A DNA stretch of 64,000 nucleotides from Oceanicaulis sp. (GTDB lineage Bacteria > Pseudomonadota > Alphaproteobacteria > Caulobacterales > Maricaulaceae). The position numbers were made by a program, and so were the translations under genes. Of the stretch, positions 1 through 10,159 are shown piece by piece; positions within the stretch are counted from its first letter, which is position 1, and each line of letters begins with the position of its first letter. Under the pieces are notes generated by a model, which saw only the letters and a program-made list of their open reading frames with translations, was not told the origin of the DNA and ran no database searches. The stretch covers positions 2,283,395 through 2,347,394 of the forward strand of contig OZ260104.1 of the NCBI GenBank assembly GCA_965284655.1, read 5' to 3'.

Positions 1-1
1 T

Positions 2-346
2 GAAGACCGTTCCGACCCGCGCCAGTCGATCTTCGGCGGCGCGCAATACATGTCCAACCTCATGGGCCGGATGCCCGACGGGGTTGAAGGCGAGGATCGC
101 CTGTTCAAGGCGATGGCGGCCTATAATATCGGCATGGGGCATCTGTACGATGCGCGCCGTCTCGCCGAGAGGCAGGGGCTGGACAAGAATGTCTGGCCGG
201 ACGTGCGCACCACGCTGCCGCTCCTGTCGGAGCCGGCCTATTACCAGGACCTGCCCTACGGGTATGCCCGCGGCGGCGAGCCGGTGCACTATGTGCGCAA
301 TATCCGCCGCTATAAGGCGCTGCTTGACCTCCATCTGGAAGGGTGA
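2..346 (+). CDS. C-terminal fragment of a membrane-bound lytic murein transglycosylase (MltF/SLT family); 5' end lies outside the window
   Basis: Frame 2 is open from the window edge. The translation ...FKAMAAYNIGMGHLYDARRLA...GGEPVHYVRNIRRYKALLD resembles the conserved end of the SLT catalytic domain of MltF. Confidence 0.7.
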   Translation, partial: EDRSDPRQSIFGGAQYMSNLMGRMPDGVEGEDRLFKAMAAYNIGMGHLYDARRLAERQGLDKNVWPDVRTTLPLLSEPAYYQDLPYGYARGGEPVHYVRNIRRYKALLDLHLEG

Positions 347-373
347 GCCGTCAGGGAACCCGCCGCCCGTCGG

Positions 374-784
374 ATGGGTTCTAATCTTATTCAGGCGATA
401 GGGTTGGCTATTATGGCGTTGGTTGACTGGCGGCTTCTTACATCAAGCAAGCTCCTGGCCCGGATCGCCGAGAATGCGTCTCCGCGCGATCAGGCGCAGA
501 CCTTCCATGATTTGATCGGACTGATCCGCTCCGAGGAGCTTCGCTCGGTCATCCTGGACATGGACCACGCCGTTTCCACCCAAGCGAGGGGCGGTTCAGG
601 CGAGCTTCAGTCCGGCGCGCTCGCGCAGGACATGAAAGACGAGGGGCTTGAGCGCTTCGCGCTTGTTCATCGCGGCTTCCAGGACGCCGGTTGGGACGCA
701 TTGGTGACCGAGCTGCGCGATCGCGGCGTGCTCGCGTGCGCGTTCGAGACTGTCGATGACGCCAAGATCTGGTTCGGAAACTAG
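374..784 (+). CDS. hypothetical protein
   Basis: 136-aa ORF with balanced, acidic composition and coding-like third-position bias. No recognisable motif; start uncertain (alternative ATG at 413). Confidence 0.4.
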   Translation: MGSNLIQAIGLAIMALVDWRLLTSSKLLARIAENASPRDQAQTFHDLIGLIRSEELRSVILDMDHAVSTQARGGSGELQSGALAQDMKDEGLERFALVHRGFQDAGWDALVTELRDRGVLACAFETVDDAKIWFGN

Positions 785-801
785 GAGACCACCGAAAAGG
801 C

Positions 802-2874
802 CTAGAACGGCGTTATCCCGAATATCAGCGCGAACGCGGCGACCGCGATCCCGGCGAGTCCGGTGAGAGCGAAACCCGCCAGCGTGCCGATCCTCACCTG
901 ACCCGCGCCGAGCGCCCGGACCAGAAGCACCAACGTCAGAACGCCTAGAGCGCCTGCGCCCAGCAGCATCCAGGCGCCGGTCCAGGCTGGACCCAGCAAA
1001 CCCGCGACCAGGGCCAGCGGCGTGATCTCGTAGGCCGCGTAACCGCCCGCCGCCAGAAGACCCACCCCGCCAAGCGCCACCAGAGCGGTGAACCAGGCGG
1101 TCAGACGCGCGCCGCCCGTGTCAGCAGCGAGCTCGCTGGCGGGATTTCGGTCAATCACGCGCGCCAGAAACCCGAACGGCGTCAGCAAGGCGGTGAGCAT
1201 CAGAACCAGCAGCGACAGACCCGCCCAGGCGCCGGGAAGGATAAAGCTTTGCGGCGCCCCGGGCGCCAGAGCCAGTAGCTTCAGCGGCGCGTCGATCGAC
1301 ATGAAGCGCGGATACACCGGCGCATCGACGCCCGCTTCAAGACAAGCTGCGTCCAGCACGGCAAGGTCGGGCGCATCATAGAAGGCGGTCAAGACCTCTC
1401 CGGCGCACTCGGTCATGGCGCGGGTGGGGCCGTGGCCGGCGTTCGGCGTGATCACCAGGCGCGAGCCGGGCATGCGCGCGTGAATGTACTCGGCCAGCCA
1501 GGGCGGGGTCACCGGATCGGCGTCGCCGTTTACGATCAGGGTCGGCATGGACGCCTCAGGGATGGCGTAGGCCGGACCGGTGCGGCGGATCAGTCCGAAA
1601 TCCTCACACACGTCCAGCGCAGCGCGCGAGCCGGTATCCGTGTAGAAAACGCCTTCGAACCGGGTATGGGTCGAGGCCTGCTGATCGGCCAGCGTTTGCG
1701 CCATGTAGCCGTCATTGCATCGTATGGCGTCGCTCATGCCGGCGGCGATGGCGCCGAACGGTTCGGGTGCGCCGGCGTTCGACAGCGCGGCGCCGAGCCC
1801 CTCCAGAAAAGCCGGATCAGGATCAGTGAAAAGCTCCGAGAGCCGGTCGGTGACCGCGGGGGCCGCCGGGTGCTGCTCATGCTCATAGGACATCAGGAAG
1901 GCGGGAGCCATCAAGACGACGGGCGGGACCCAGACTTCGCCGGACGGCGCGATCTCGGGATTTTCGATGCTCAGGATGATGGGGTCTTGCTGCATCGATT
2001 CAATCGCGGCGAACATCCGGTCGGCGAAGCCGTCGCAGGGTGCGCCAGGCGTGCAGGCGTCAGAATAGGTCTCAAGCACGGTCTCGGCCATGCGGCCGGT
2101 GTCGCCGAAACCGCCGCCCAGATCATTGGGGACGATGGCGTCCAGAACCATGGCGCGCACCCCGTCGGGGTCTTCATGCATCACCATCTGGCCCAGATGC
2201 GAACCGTAGGAGATTCCCCAGATATTCCATTGCTCAAACCCGAGAGCCTCGCGCAGCGCCTTGACGTCGCGCGCGTTCTCCTGGGTGTTGTAACCGCGCA
2301 GATCGACGCCGCGCGCCCTCGCTTCGGAAAAGCACAGGCCCATGCGCTCGGCGGTGGCGATTTCGGCCTCTTCAAACGTGCGCGGGTCTGCGAGCCCCGG
2401 GCTCAGCGCGCCGTATTGCGGGCAGAACTCGCCGCTATTAGCGATGCCGCGCTGTTCAAGAATATAGAGATCGCGGGTTTCAAAGAGCGGGTGGTCGCGC
2501 AGGCGCTCCACATACCCCTCCACCGGCACTCCAGGGCCGCCGGTGAGGTAGATGACGGGATCTTCGCGGCGATCCTCGTCTTCACCGGTGGCGGGCATGT
2601 GAACATACATCAGCCGGATGGAGCGGCTCTCGTCGGCCTCGCGGTTTTCCGGCACGAGAATCGTGCCGCACGACAAATCGCCAGGCTCGTAGTCGACCCG
2701 GCCCATGAACGGGCAGGCGAGGGGCCGCGGGTCGGGATCAATACTCAAAAGCGCCGGCGAGGGCGCCGCGGGCTCCAGGGCCTCATCTAGGACCGTGGCG
2801 GGGTTCGCCTGGATCTCCGGATCAAGCGCGGCGCCTTGCAGCGCAGCCCCCAAAATCATCGCCGTAAAGAACAT
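802..2874 (-). CDS. secreted alpha/beta hydrolase (TAP-like / prolyl-aminopeptidase type) with a C-terminal polytopic membrane domain
   Basis: ORF track 802..2892. The ATG at 2874 is preceded by GGAGG. Signal-like N-terminus and GxSxG elbow GISYGS. The last ~170 aa (about 802..1300) form roughly five hydrophobic helices. Confidence 0.75.
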   Translation of the reverse strand: MFFTAMILGAALQGAALDPEIQANPATVLDEALEPAAPSPALLSIDPDPRPLACPFMGRVDYEPGDLSCGTILVPENREADESRSIRLMYVHMPATGEDEDRREDPVIYLTGGPGVPVEGYVERLRDHPLFETRDLYILEQRGIANSGEFCPQYGALSPGLADPRTFEEAEIATAERMGLCFSEARARGVDLRGYNTQENARDVKALREALGFEQWNIWGISYGSHLGQMVMHEDPDGVRAMVLDAIVPNDLGGGFGDTGRMAETVLETYSDACTPGAPCDGFADRMFAAIESMQQDPIILSIENPEIAPSGEVWVPPVVLMAPAFLMSYEHEQHPAAPAVTDRLSELFTDPDPAFLEGLGAALSNAGAPEPFGAIAAGMSDAIRCNDGYMAQTLADQQASTHTRFEGVFYTDTGSRAALDVCEDFGLIRRTGPAYAIPEASMPTLIVNGDADPVTPPWLAEYIHARMPGSRLVITPNAGHGPTRAMTECAGEVLTAFYDAPDLAVLDAACLEAGVDAPVYPRFMSIDAPLKLLALAPGAPQSFILPGAWAGLSLLVLMLTALLTPFGFLARVIDRNPASELAADTGGARLTAWFTALVALGGVGLLAAGGYAAYEITPLALVAGLLGPAWTGAWMLLGAGALGVLTLVLLVRALGAGQVRIGTLAGFALTGLAGIAVAAFALIFGITPF

Positions 2875-2948
2875 CCGCCCCTCCAGTATCAACCCTCAAG
2901 GGCGATAGAGCCCTCAAGGCGCGCCCCGGTCAAGCGCGCGCGGGTTCG

Positions 2949-4538
2949 TCAGCCCGCCGGGTAGAGCGTCGGCGAGCCTGGCCCCACCGGGAGGTTCAGC
3001 AGGAAGGTCCAGGCGAAGAAGAAGCCCGACCAGGTGAGCATGAAGAAGATCGAGTAGGGCAACATCATCGCGATCAAGGTGCCCACACCCAGATTTTTGT
3101 CATAGCGCGTGGCCCAGGCCAGGATCAGTCCGAAATAGCTCATCATGGGAGTGATGATGTTGGTGGTGCTGTCGCCGATCCGGTAGGCCGCCTGGATAAC
3201 CTCCGGCGAGTAACCGATGAGCATCAGCATGGGCACGAAAATCGGCGCGGTCACCGCCCACTGGGCCGAGGCCGAGCCCAGGGACAGATTGATCACCGCA
3301 CACATCAGGATGAAGAGGAAGAACAGGGCCGGCCCCGTCATGCCGGTGTCCTGAAGGAAGCTGGCGCCCGTCACCGCGGTGATGGCGCCCAGATTGGTCC
3401 AGCCGAAAAACGCCACGAACTGCGCCGCGAAGAAAACGAGAACGATGTAGAGCCCCAGCGAGGACAGGGCGGCCGCCATGGCGTCGATGACGTCCCGGTC
3501 GCTGCGCATGGTTCCGGCTGCGCGGCCATAGGCGTATCCGGTGACGACGAAGAAGATCAGGATCCAGACCACAAAGCCGCGAAAGAAGGGCGAATTGATG
3601 CGGTCGCCAGTCTCGGGGTTTCGCAACACGCCCCATTCCGGCAGCAGGGTGAGCGCCATGAAGGCCAGCACCGCCAGCACCCCAAAGCCGGCCCAGAGCA
3701 GGCCCTTCCGCTCGGTAGCGTTGAGCGGCGCCATCATCCGGTCGTCCAGGATCGTGGGGTCGGCGCGTTCCGGCTCATAGCGGCCGAGCTTGGGCTCGAC
3801 GATGAAGATCGTCACAAGAGAACCCACAAGCGTGATCAGGAAGGTGGAGGCCACCATAAAATACCAGTTGGCCGTGGCCAGAACCACGTATTCCGGGTCG
3901 ATCAGGCGCGCCGCCTCCTGCGTGATCCCGGCCAGCAGGGGATCGATCGTGCCGATGAGCAGATTGGCGCTGTAGCCGCCGGACACGCCCGCGAACGCCG
4001 CCGCCATGCCGGCTAGGGGATGGCGGCCGAGCGCATAGAAGATCGCGCCGGCCAGCGGGATGAGAACCACATAGCCCACCTCTGACGCTGTGTTGGAGAT
4101 AATGCCGGCGAACACGATCGCCACGGTCACCACATGGCGCGGCGCGGAAAGCACCATGGCGCGTACGGCGGCCGATAGAAGACCGGATTTTTCCGCCACG
4201 CCGACGCCCAGCATGGCCACCAGCACAACGCCAAGCGGCGCGAAGCTGGTGAAGTTGTCGGTCAGGCTGGTGAAGATGCGCCGGACGCCGTCTCCGTTCA
4301 TCAGGCTGACCGCGCGGATCATGCCGTCCTCGGCCACGCCGCGCGCATCCGCCGGCCTTGGGTCCTCGACGGTCACGCCCAGCCACCCGAACAAGCCCGA
4401 GATCAGCACGATCCCTACCGCCAGCAAGGCGAACAGGGTGACCGGGTGGGGCAGCAGATTGCCCAGCCATTCCACCGCATCAAGGAAGCGCGTGAAAGCA
4501 TTGCGCTTGGCGATTTGAGGCGGTTGAGGCGGGGCCAT
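2949..4538 (-). CDS. abgT: AbgT-family (p-aminobenzoyl-glutamate type) transporter
   Basis: 529-aa polytopic protein. The N-terminal region ...FLDAVEWLGNLLPHPVTLF... and GVAEKSGLL are typical of the AbgT family. It lies 57 nt upstream of the hydrolase on the same strand. Confidence 0.85.
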   Translation of the reverse strand: MAPPQPPQIAKRNAFTRFLDAVEWLGNLLPHPVTLFALLAVGIVLISGLFGWLGVTVEDPRPADARGVAEDGMIRAVSLMNGDGVRRIFTSLTDNFTSFAPLGVVLVAMLGVGVAEKSGLLSAAVRAMVLSAPRHVVTVAIVFAGIISNTASEVGYVVLIPLAGAIFYALGRHPLAGMAAAFAGVSGGYSANLLIGTIDPLLAGITQEAARLIDPEYVVLATANWYFMVASTFLITLVGSLVTIFIVEPKLGRYEPERADPTILDDRMMAPLNATERKGLLWAGFGVLAVLAFMALTLLPEWGVLRNPETGDRINSPFFRGFVVWILIFFVVTGYAYGRAAGTMRSDRDVIDAMAAALSSLGLYIVLVFFAAQFVAFFGWTNLGAITAVTGASFLQDTGMTGPALFFLFILMCAVINLSLGSASAQWAVTAPIFVPMLMLIGYSPEVIQAAYRIGDSTTNIITPMMSYFGLILAWATRYDKNLGVGTLIAMMLPYSIFFMLTWSGFFFAWTFLLNLPVGPGSPTLYPAG

Positions 4539-4657
4539 TGCAGTCTCCGTCGTGAAACTCAGATCACAATGGAGGCAAACCCGGCGACTTTTTCAACCAG
4601 AGGATAAAAAGGGTTATTGGCGGCTCTCGCTTCTGCGCTGGCCGTTCGTTCGCGCCG

Positions 4658-5296
4658 CTACAGAGGCGAACGGTCCAGTCTCGCCGCGTCCGTCACCGCG
4701 CGGTCGGCGACTTCGGCCGGCAGGTCGGCGACCGGGGTTCGTGCGACCGCCATGCGGCGCGCCCATTCGCGGCCACCGGCTTCGACGGTCTGGTCGATGG
4801 CTCTTGTGGTGACGCCTTCGCTCTCGATGAAGCCGCCCAGCTGGTCCGCCAGCCGATCGACCGCCTCGCTTTGCGGGCCCGCCCACAGGCAGGACAGATT
4901 GTCCCCGTTCCAGAGGATCAGGGCGATCTGGTCTTCATAGCCCAGAAGCGCAGCATTCTCTCCGTCCGCGGCGGCGCCCACCCCGTCGACCACGAGGCCG
5001 AAACTCTCAACCCGTTCTGAATCCAGCAGGTAGGGAAAATAGGACCACAAAAGCGCCGCGCTGAGGCCCTGCACGCCAGCGAGCCGGTCCTCGGGCGCAA
5101 ATGACACCCAGCCGCGGTCGACCATGGTGTCGCGGATGCCGGGTCCTTCAGCGTTCACCGGCGTGCACACCGCCATGAACGCCGCGACTTCCGCAGGCGG
5201 CGTGATGGTAATGTCCTGCGCACACGACGTCATGGGTGCGAGGAGCAATACGCCTGCGGCCACGGCGACGCAGGAGAGGGGATTGATCATCGTCAT
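4658..5296 (-). CDS. secreted hypothetical protein
   Basis: The internal ATG at 5296 gives MTMINPLSCVAVAAGVLLLAPMTSCAQ (signal peptide). The upstream part of ORF 4658..5506 is Arg-rich and not coding-like. Confidence 0.5.
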   Translation of the reverse strand: MTMINPLSCVAVAAGVLLLAPMTSCAQDITITPPAEVAAFMAVCTPVNAEGPGIRDTMVDRGWVSFAPEDRLAGVQGLSAALLWSYFPYLLDSERVESFGLVVDGVGAAADGENAALLGYEDQIALILWNGDNLSCLWAGPQSEAVDRLADQLGGFIESEGVTTRAIDQTVEAGGREWARRMAVARTPVADLPAEVADRAVTDAARLDRSPL

Positions 5297-5572
5297 TGCG
5301 GGACCGCCGGAACAATTTGAACTGAATTGTCCTATTTTTAGCATGGTGACGGACGCGGCGGCATCACCCTTGAGGGGGATGGCGGGGACTTCGAAATTGA
5401 TGCTGGAGCGTGCCGGCGGCCCGCGATGCTGCAGGCGGCCCCTGGCTAATCTCAGAACAGTCCACGCCCTCCGTGCTTTGACAAAAACAGCCGGACCCAC
5501 TTTCACAGCGGCCTTCAGCTACCCACGTCGAGGACGAGGCCAAGGAGCTCAGCGGTTCACAGGAGTTGAACA

Positions 5573-6589
5573 TTGACTACGACGCCGAAAACCCTTCCCG
5601 AGCTTGATCCGTCGCGCGCCGCGATCGTTGACCAGTTTGGCGGCGAGATTGCGCCGCTGGACCCCATCGGGGCGCAGGTGAGCGGGATTGATCTGACGTC
5701 AAAGGACGTGCCGGCGCCCGAGCTGGTCGACGCGCTGGAACGTGAGATGGCCGATCGCGGCTTTCTCGTGTTCAAGAACAAACGGCAGCTGGACGTGGAT
5801 GATTTCCTGCGCGCCAGCTGCTGGTGGGGCGGCAAGGCCCTGCACAGCACCCACGGCGTTCATCCGGCGACGCCGGGCGGCAATCCCCACATTTTCCGCC
5901 TGTCAAACGACCGCACCCACGGCATTCCGGGCGTGGGGCCGCAATGGCATAATGACGGCAGTTTCAACGCCGACACGTTCTCTCATTCCGGCTACCACAT
6001 CATCCGGCCGGCCGAAAAAGGCGGCGGGACGTATTTCGCGCACCAGGCCATGGCCTATGACGCGCTGCCCGATGATCTGAAGGAGCGCTGGAGCCGGCTC
6101 TTCTCGGTGAACTCCGCGTCCGGCGTGGTTCACCCCATGGTGCATGAACACCCGGTATCGGGCCGCAAATGCATCTGGCTGCATCTGGGGATGACGGGCG
6201 CCGTCATCGAAAAACGCGCCGATTCGGACGGGTTCCGACTGCTGGACGCCGATGAGATGAGACAGCTCTTCCGCGACTACAACGACATCCTCAACGCCGG
6301 GCTGGAGGACGGATACGCCATCGGCTTTGAGTATCAGGAAAACGACTGCGTCTTCATCGACAATCTCGCCGTGGCCCACCGCGCCGCGCCTCAGGCGCAT
6401 CTACCGGCCCACGAGCAAGGCTTGCGGATCATGCACCGCAGCACCGTGAAAGGCGTCCAGGATCTGGCGCCCGGCTTCGGCCTGCCGCAACACCTGAATA
6501 TCCTCGCGCCCAGCCCGTTTGGAGACGGCGTCTGGCAGGCCGGCGGCGTCGGCTTCCGCTGGGACGATCACATTCCGATGCAGAACTAG
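5573..6589 (+). CDS. TauD/TfdA-family Fe(II)/2-oxoglutarate dioxygenase
   Basis: 338 aa. HxD iron motif in WHNDGSF and a distal His in AVAHRA. TTG start 8 nt after AGGAG. Confidence 0.8.
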   Translation: MTTTPKTLPELDPSRAAIVDQFGGEIAPLDPIGAQVSGIDLTSKDVPAPELVDALEREMADRGFLVFKNKRQLDVDDFLRASCWWGGKALHSTHGVHPATPGGNPHIFRLSNDRTHGIPGVGPQWHNDGSFNADTFSHSGYHIIRPAEKGGGTYFAHQAMAYDALPDDLKERWSRLFSVNSASGVVHPMVHEHPVSGRKCIWLHLGMTGAVIEKRADSDGFRLLDADEMRQLFRDYNDILNAGLEDGYAIGFEYQENDCVFIDNLAVAHRAAPQAHLPAHEQGLRIMHRSTVKGVQDLAPGFGLPQHLNILAPSPFGDGVWQAGGVGFRWDDHIPMQN

Positions 6590-6697
6590 GCGTCTCAAGC
6601 CATGACGGTGTTACGCCAGCCTGAGCGCGGCGCATGGTCGAGGCGCGGCCATGCCCGCGAAAAGCGCCTGCCCGTCGATTATGAGAGGAGTGTGACC

Positions 6698-7024
6698 ATG
6701 CTGGACCTGCGCCACAATTGCGAGCTGTGTGATCGCGACCTGGCGCCCGACAGCGGCGATGCGGGCATATGCAGCTATGAGAGCCCGTCTCTCGCCGAGT
6801 TTCCGCCGACATCACCGCCCGGGACCAGACCGGGCTCGATCCGCTTCATCCGAGCGAGATGCAGCCATCAGGATGCAGCCCGGTTCTGCACGTCGGCCGG
6901 TTTGGCGTCAGGGGCGCCTCCAAAAAGGGAGCGAAGACTGACCTTGTCGATCTTTCCGGTCGGACCCAGCGGCATCGCCGCGACGCGGATGACGGCATCG
7001 GGGACGCACCAGGAGGCGACCTGA
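6698..7024 (+). pseudogene. DUF1272-like zinc-ribbon gene, apparently internally deleted with its stop lost
   Basis: GAGGAG SD 8 nt before the ATG at 6698. MLDLRHNCELCDRDLAPDSGDAGICSYE matches the DUF1272 N-terminus, but the expected CTFC...CPNCGG half is missing. The frame runs on antisense into the ligase gene. Confidence 0.35.
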
Positions 7025-8502
7025 CTTCGCACCGGTTCGAGCAAGGCGCGGTCCGTGATCTCGGAGCCCTCGGTCAACTCTATGAGAAGGATCGGCCGTT
7101 CACCCCATTTGGCGTCGGGGCGTCCAATGACCGCGGCCAGCGACACTTCGGGCAGGGCCGAAACCAAGGTTTCGATCTCGCTTGGATTGATCCACTCGCC
7201 GCCGGACTTGATCAGGTCTTTCGACCGGCCGGTGATATAGAGATTGCCTTGGTCGTCTAGGCGAGCGAGATCTCCGGTATCGAACCATCCATCCGCGTCC
7301 AGCGCCGTCTCGTCCTGACCGAAGTAACGTTCGACGACTGCGGATCCGCGCACCCGCAAATGCCCCTCGGCGCCGTGCTGATCGGCGAGCGCGATGCCTT
7401 CAGCATCGGTCAGCAATAAATCAATGCCGACCGCCGGGCGCCCAGAGACAGCCGGTGTTCGGTCAGGATCATCGGGCGGAGCGCTGACGCCGAGCGGCGA
7501 TAGCTCAGTCATGCCCCAGCTGGTCTGTATCGTGACTCCCAGCCGGCGTTCTATGCGGTCCATCAGAGCCGGCGCCATCGGCGCGCCTCCGACCATGATC
7601 CGCTTCAGCGACGGCACGTCGCCCCCGGTTTCATCCAGATGATCGACAAGACCCAGCCAGACGGTCGGCACGCCGACCGCCATCGTTGCGCCTGCGGCAT
7701 TGATCAGGCGGGCCAAGCTTTCCCCATCCAGATAGCGTCCCGGCAGCACCAGCTTGGCGCCGACGGACGGAGCCGCGAACGGCAGCCCCCACGCATTGGC
7801 GTGAAACATGGGCACCGCGACGAGGACGGAATCGGTGGCGCGGATACCCATCACCTCCGCCTGCAATTGGCGAAGCGTGTGCAGGTAGCATCCCCTGTGC
7901 GTATAGGTGACGCCTTTGGGGGCGCCGGTGGTTCCGGACGTAAAGCAAAGTCCTGACGGCGCGGTTTCCTCGAACGCGCCCCACTCCACCGGCCAGTCGG
8001 TTGAATTGGCCGCCTCCCTGAGCGTTCCAACCTGAACGCCGGGACACGCGTCGTGCCAATCAGGCTGTGCGCCATCAATGACCAGCACATGACGGACTGA
8101 GGTGGCGCACTGGAGGATCTGCTCGGCCAGTGATGCCAGATCCGCGCTGATGATCAGGATGGCCGCCTCGGACTGCTCCAGCATCGCGGCGAGGCGATCG
8201 GCGGTCAGGCGGGGATTGAGCGTATGGCACACGGCCCCCATCCCCATAATGCCGTACCAGGCCTCGACATGGGCCTGGGTGTTCCAGGCCAGGGTCGCCA
8301 CGCGATGGCCAAGCCGGACGCCGCGTTCGCCCAGCGCCGCAGACACTTTCCAGGATCGCGCTCGCAGCTGCGAATAGCCGGTCCGCTCGACCAGATCACC
8401 ATTGCGCCCGGTCATCACCTCCGCATGCGGATGCCATTTGGCGGCATGGTCGAGAAACTTGTCCAAGGTGAGCGAATACGTCTGGATCGCGCCGTCCATC
8501 AT
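6868..8502 (-). CDS. AMP-dependent acyl-CoA synthetase (fatty-acid--CoA ligase type)
   Basis: AMP-binding motif FTSGTTGAPKGV and C-terminal GKIDK. The ATG at 8502 overlaps the upstream stop (ATGA). Confidence 0.85.
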   Translation of the reverse strand: MMDGAIQTYSLTLDKFLDHAAKWHPHAEVMTGRNGDLVERTGYSQLRARSWKVSAALGERGVRLGHRVATLAWNTQAHVEAWYGIMGMGAVCHTLNPRLTADRLAAMLEQSEAAILIISADLASLAEQILQCATSVRHVLVIDGAQPDWHDACPGVQVGTLREAANSTDWPVEWGAFEETAPSGLCFTSGTTGAPKGVTYTHRGCYLHTLRQLQAEVMGIRATDSVLVAVPMFHANAWGLPFAAPSVGAKLVLPGRYLDGESLARLINAAGATMAVGVPTVWLGLVDHLDETGGDVPSLKRIMVGGAPMAPALMDRIERRLGVTIQTSWGMTELSPLGVSAPPDDPDRTPAVSGRPAVGIDLLLTDAEGIALADQHGAEGHLRVRGSAVVERYFGQDETALDADGWFDTGDLARLDDQGNLYITGRSKDLIKSGGEWINPSEIETLVSALPEVSLAAVIGRPDAKWGERPILLIELTEGSEITDRALLEPVRSQVASWCVPDAVIRVAAMPLGPTGKIDKVSLRSLFGGAPDAKPADVQNRAAS

Positions 8503-10157
8503 CGGCAGTCTCCGGACTGCGGCGGCAAGGGCGGCGCGGCCACGCCGACATTCCAGTGCCACCCGACATTGCCGGCGCGGCGTCTGCACATCACCGCTTC
8601 GTGAAGCTCGAACATGCCCGGCATCAGGTCTGCGCCGGCCTCTGGTTGATCACCCAGATGCATGTAGTGCTCGCCGTCACCATAGGCGGGCCAATCCGGC
8701 CCTCCCGCAGCGCTTGGAACACCGTCGCGTGCAAACGAGGACCAGTAATCGAACATGGCGGACCCGAAAGCGCGTTCGGAGTCTGTGTCTGGGGGCGCCG
8801 GCCAGAACTCGGAAAGCCGCTGGATGTCGCCAAACATGAAGGGCAATTCGCTGGCATGGAAAGCGCGCAATCCCAGCGCATTCGCCGCCGGGTAGCTATG
8901 GTCGAAGTAATACAGGAAACCAGGCTGACTCGTCTGCGCCTGGGTCCGGACCAGTCTTTCCGCCGTCCATCCGTACATGGCGTCGCGGGTGGTCGCGAGC
9001 ATGCTCTCTTCAATGTCTGTCGACGGATAATGGTCGAGAAACGCGTCGGACAAATCGGTGTAACCGGATTGAATGGCGGCTTCATAGGCGTCCGCACTTT
9101 CCGGCATGGGCGGCAGCAGCATGCGCAGCGATCGGATTTCACCCTCGTTGAACCCGGCCAGAACCGGCGCCGCAGCCTGTTCGCCCCGGTCAAAGATGTT
9201 CACCGGCTGGTCCGGCAACACAACGCCGTCGACCGTACCCCAGGGGATATAGCCGGTCGGCGTGGTCCGCTCGACCACCGCTTCGGCGTCCATGGCTCTG
9301 AGGTCTTCAATCCCTCCAGCCCCGAGGGCGCTCGCGACATAGACCCCGACACCTTCCGCCGAAGGCAGCCCGAATTGCGGCTCGCGCAATGCTGGCGTCG
9401 ACAGGGTATACGCACTTTGTGCGATGGCCCGGTCGAAAAGCCCCTCCGCACGCGGCGACACCATTAAATAGGCGACGCTCAGGGCGCCCGCGGACTCACC
9501 GGCGATCGTTACAGTCTCGGGATCCCCGCCGAAGGCTGCGATGTTGTCCCGGACCCATTCCAGCGCCGCAATCTGGTCCAGCAGCCCGTAATTGCCCGAC
9601 ACGCCCTCGGGAGACTGTTCGCTCAGCTCCGGGTGTGCCAGATAACCCAGTACGCCGAGTCTGTAATTGATTGAGACGTAAACGATCCCGGCCTCGGCAT
9701 AGGACGAACCGTTATACATGACCTGACTGTTCGCCCCTCGCATCAGAGAGCCGCCGTGTATCCAGACAAAGACCGGGGCGCTCTGCGCGTCTTCGGGCGC
9801 CCAAATATTGAGGTTCAGGCAGTCCTCACCCATCCCCCCGGGAAGGGTGTCGGCATAGATGCTCTCGATCGTCCGGCTCGGCTGCATGCAGGCTGGACCG
9901 AATTCGGCGGCGTCGATTTCTCCCGCAACCGGGTCCGGCGGCTGGGGGGCGCGCCATCGCATGTCTCCCACTGGAGGCGCTGCGAAGCGAATGCCGCGGA
10001 AGACTTCAAGCCCGTCTTCTATTGTGCCGCGGTACGTCCCCGCAGGCGCTTCAACAACGGGGCCGGCCGCTTCGCTGGCAGGCTGGGCGCAAGCGCCGTT
10101 GGTGCTTGTTATCGAAAGCAGCGCCGAGGCGACGGCGAGGTGAACGGCAAGGGTCAT
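8499..10157 (-). CDS. type-B carboxylesterase/lipase, secreted
   Basis: The ATG at 10157 gives the signal peptide MTLAVHLAVASALLSITSTNGACAQ. Oxyanion WIHGGSL and nucleophile GESAGA. The Arg-rich upstream part of ORF 8499..10586 is rejected. Confidence 0.85.
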   Translation of the reverse strand: MTLAVHLAVASALLSITSTNGACAQPASEAAGPVVEAPAGTYRGTIEDGLEVFRGIRFAAPPVGDMRWRAPQPPDPVAGEIDAAEFGPACMQPSRTIESIYADTLPGGMGEDCLNLNIWAPEDAQSAPVFVWIHGGSLMRGANSQVMYNGSSYAEAGIVYVSINYRLGVLGYLAHPELSEQSPEGVSGNYGLLDQIAALEWVRDNIAAFGGDPETVTIAGESAGALSVAYLMVSPRAEGLFDRAIAQSAYTLSTPALREPQFGLPSAEGVGVYVASALGAGGIEDLRAMDAEAVVERTTPTGYIPWGTVDGVVLPDQPVNIFDRGEQAAAPVLAGFNEGEIRSLRMLLPPMPESADAYEAAIQSGYTDLSDAFLDHYPSTDIEESMLATTRDAMYGWTAERLVRTQAQTSQPGFLYYFDHSYPAANALGLRAFHASELPFMFGDIQRLSEFWPAPPDTDSERAFGSAMFDYWSSFARDGVPSAAGGPDWPAYGDGEHYMHLGDQPEAGADLMPGMFELHEAVMCRRRAGNVGWHWNVGVAAPPLPPQSGDCR

Positions 10158-10159
10158 GA

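Noticed and set aside
1432-2790. 452-aa plus-strand ORF
   Set aside because: It lies entirely antisense to the alpha/beta hydrolase, which has clear family motifs. Its Arg/Gly/His-rich composition is typical of a shadow ORF in high-GC DNA.
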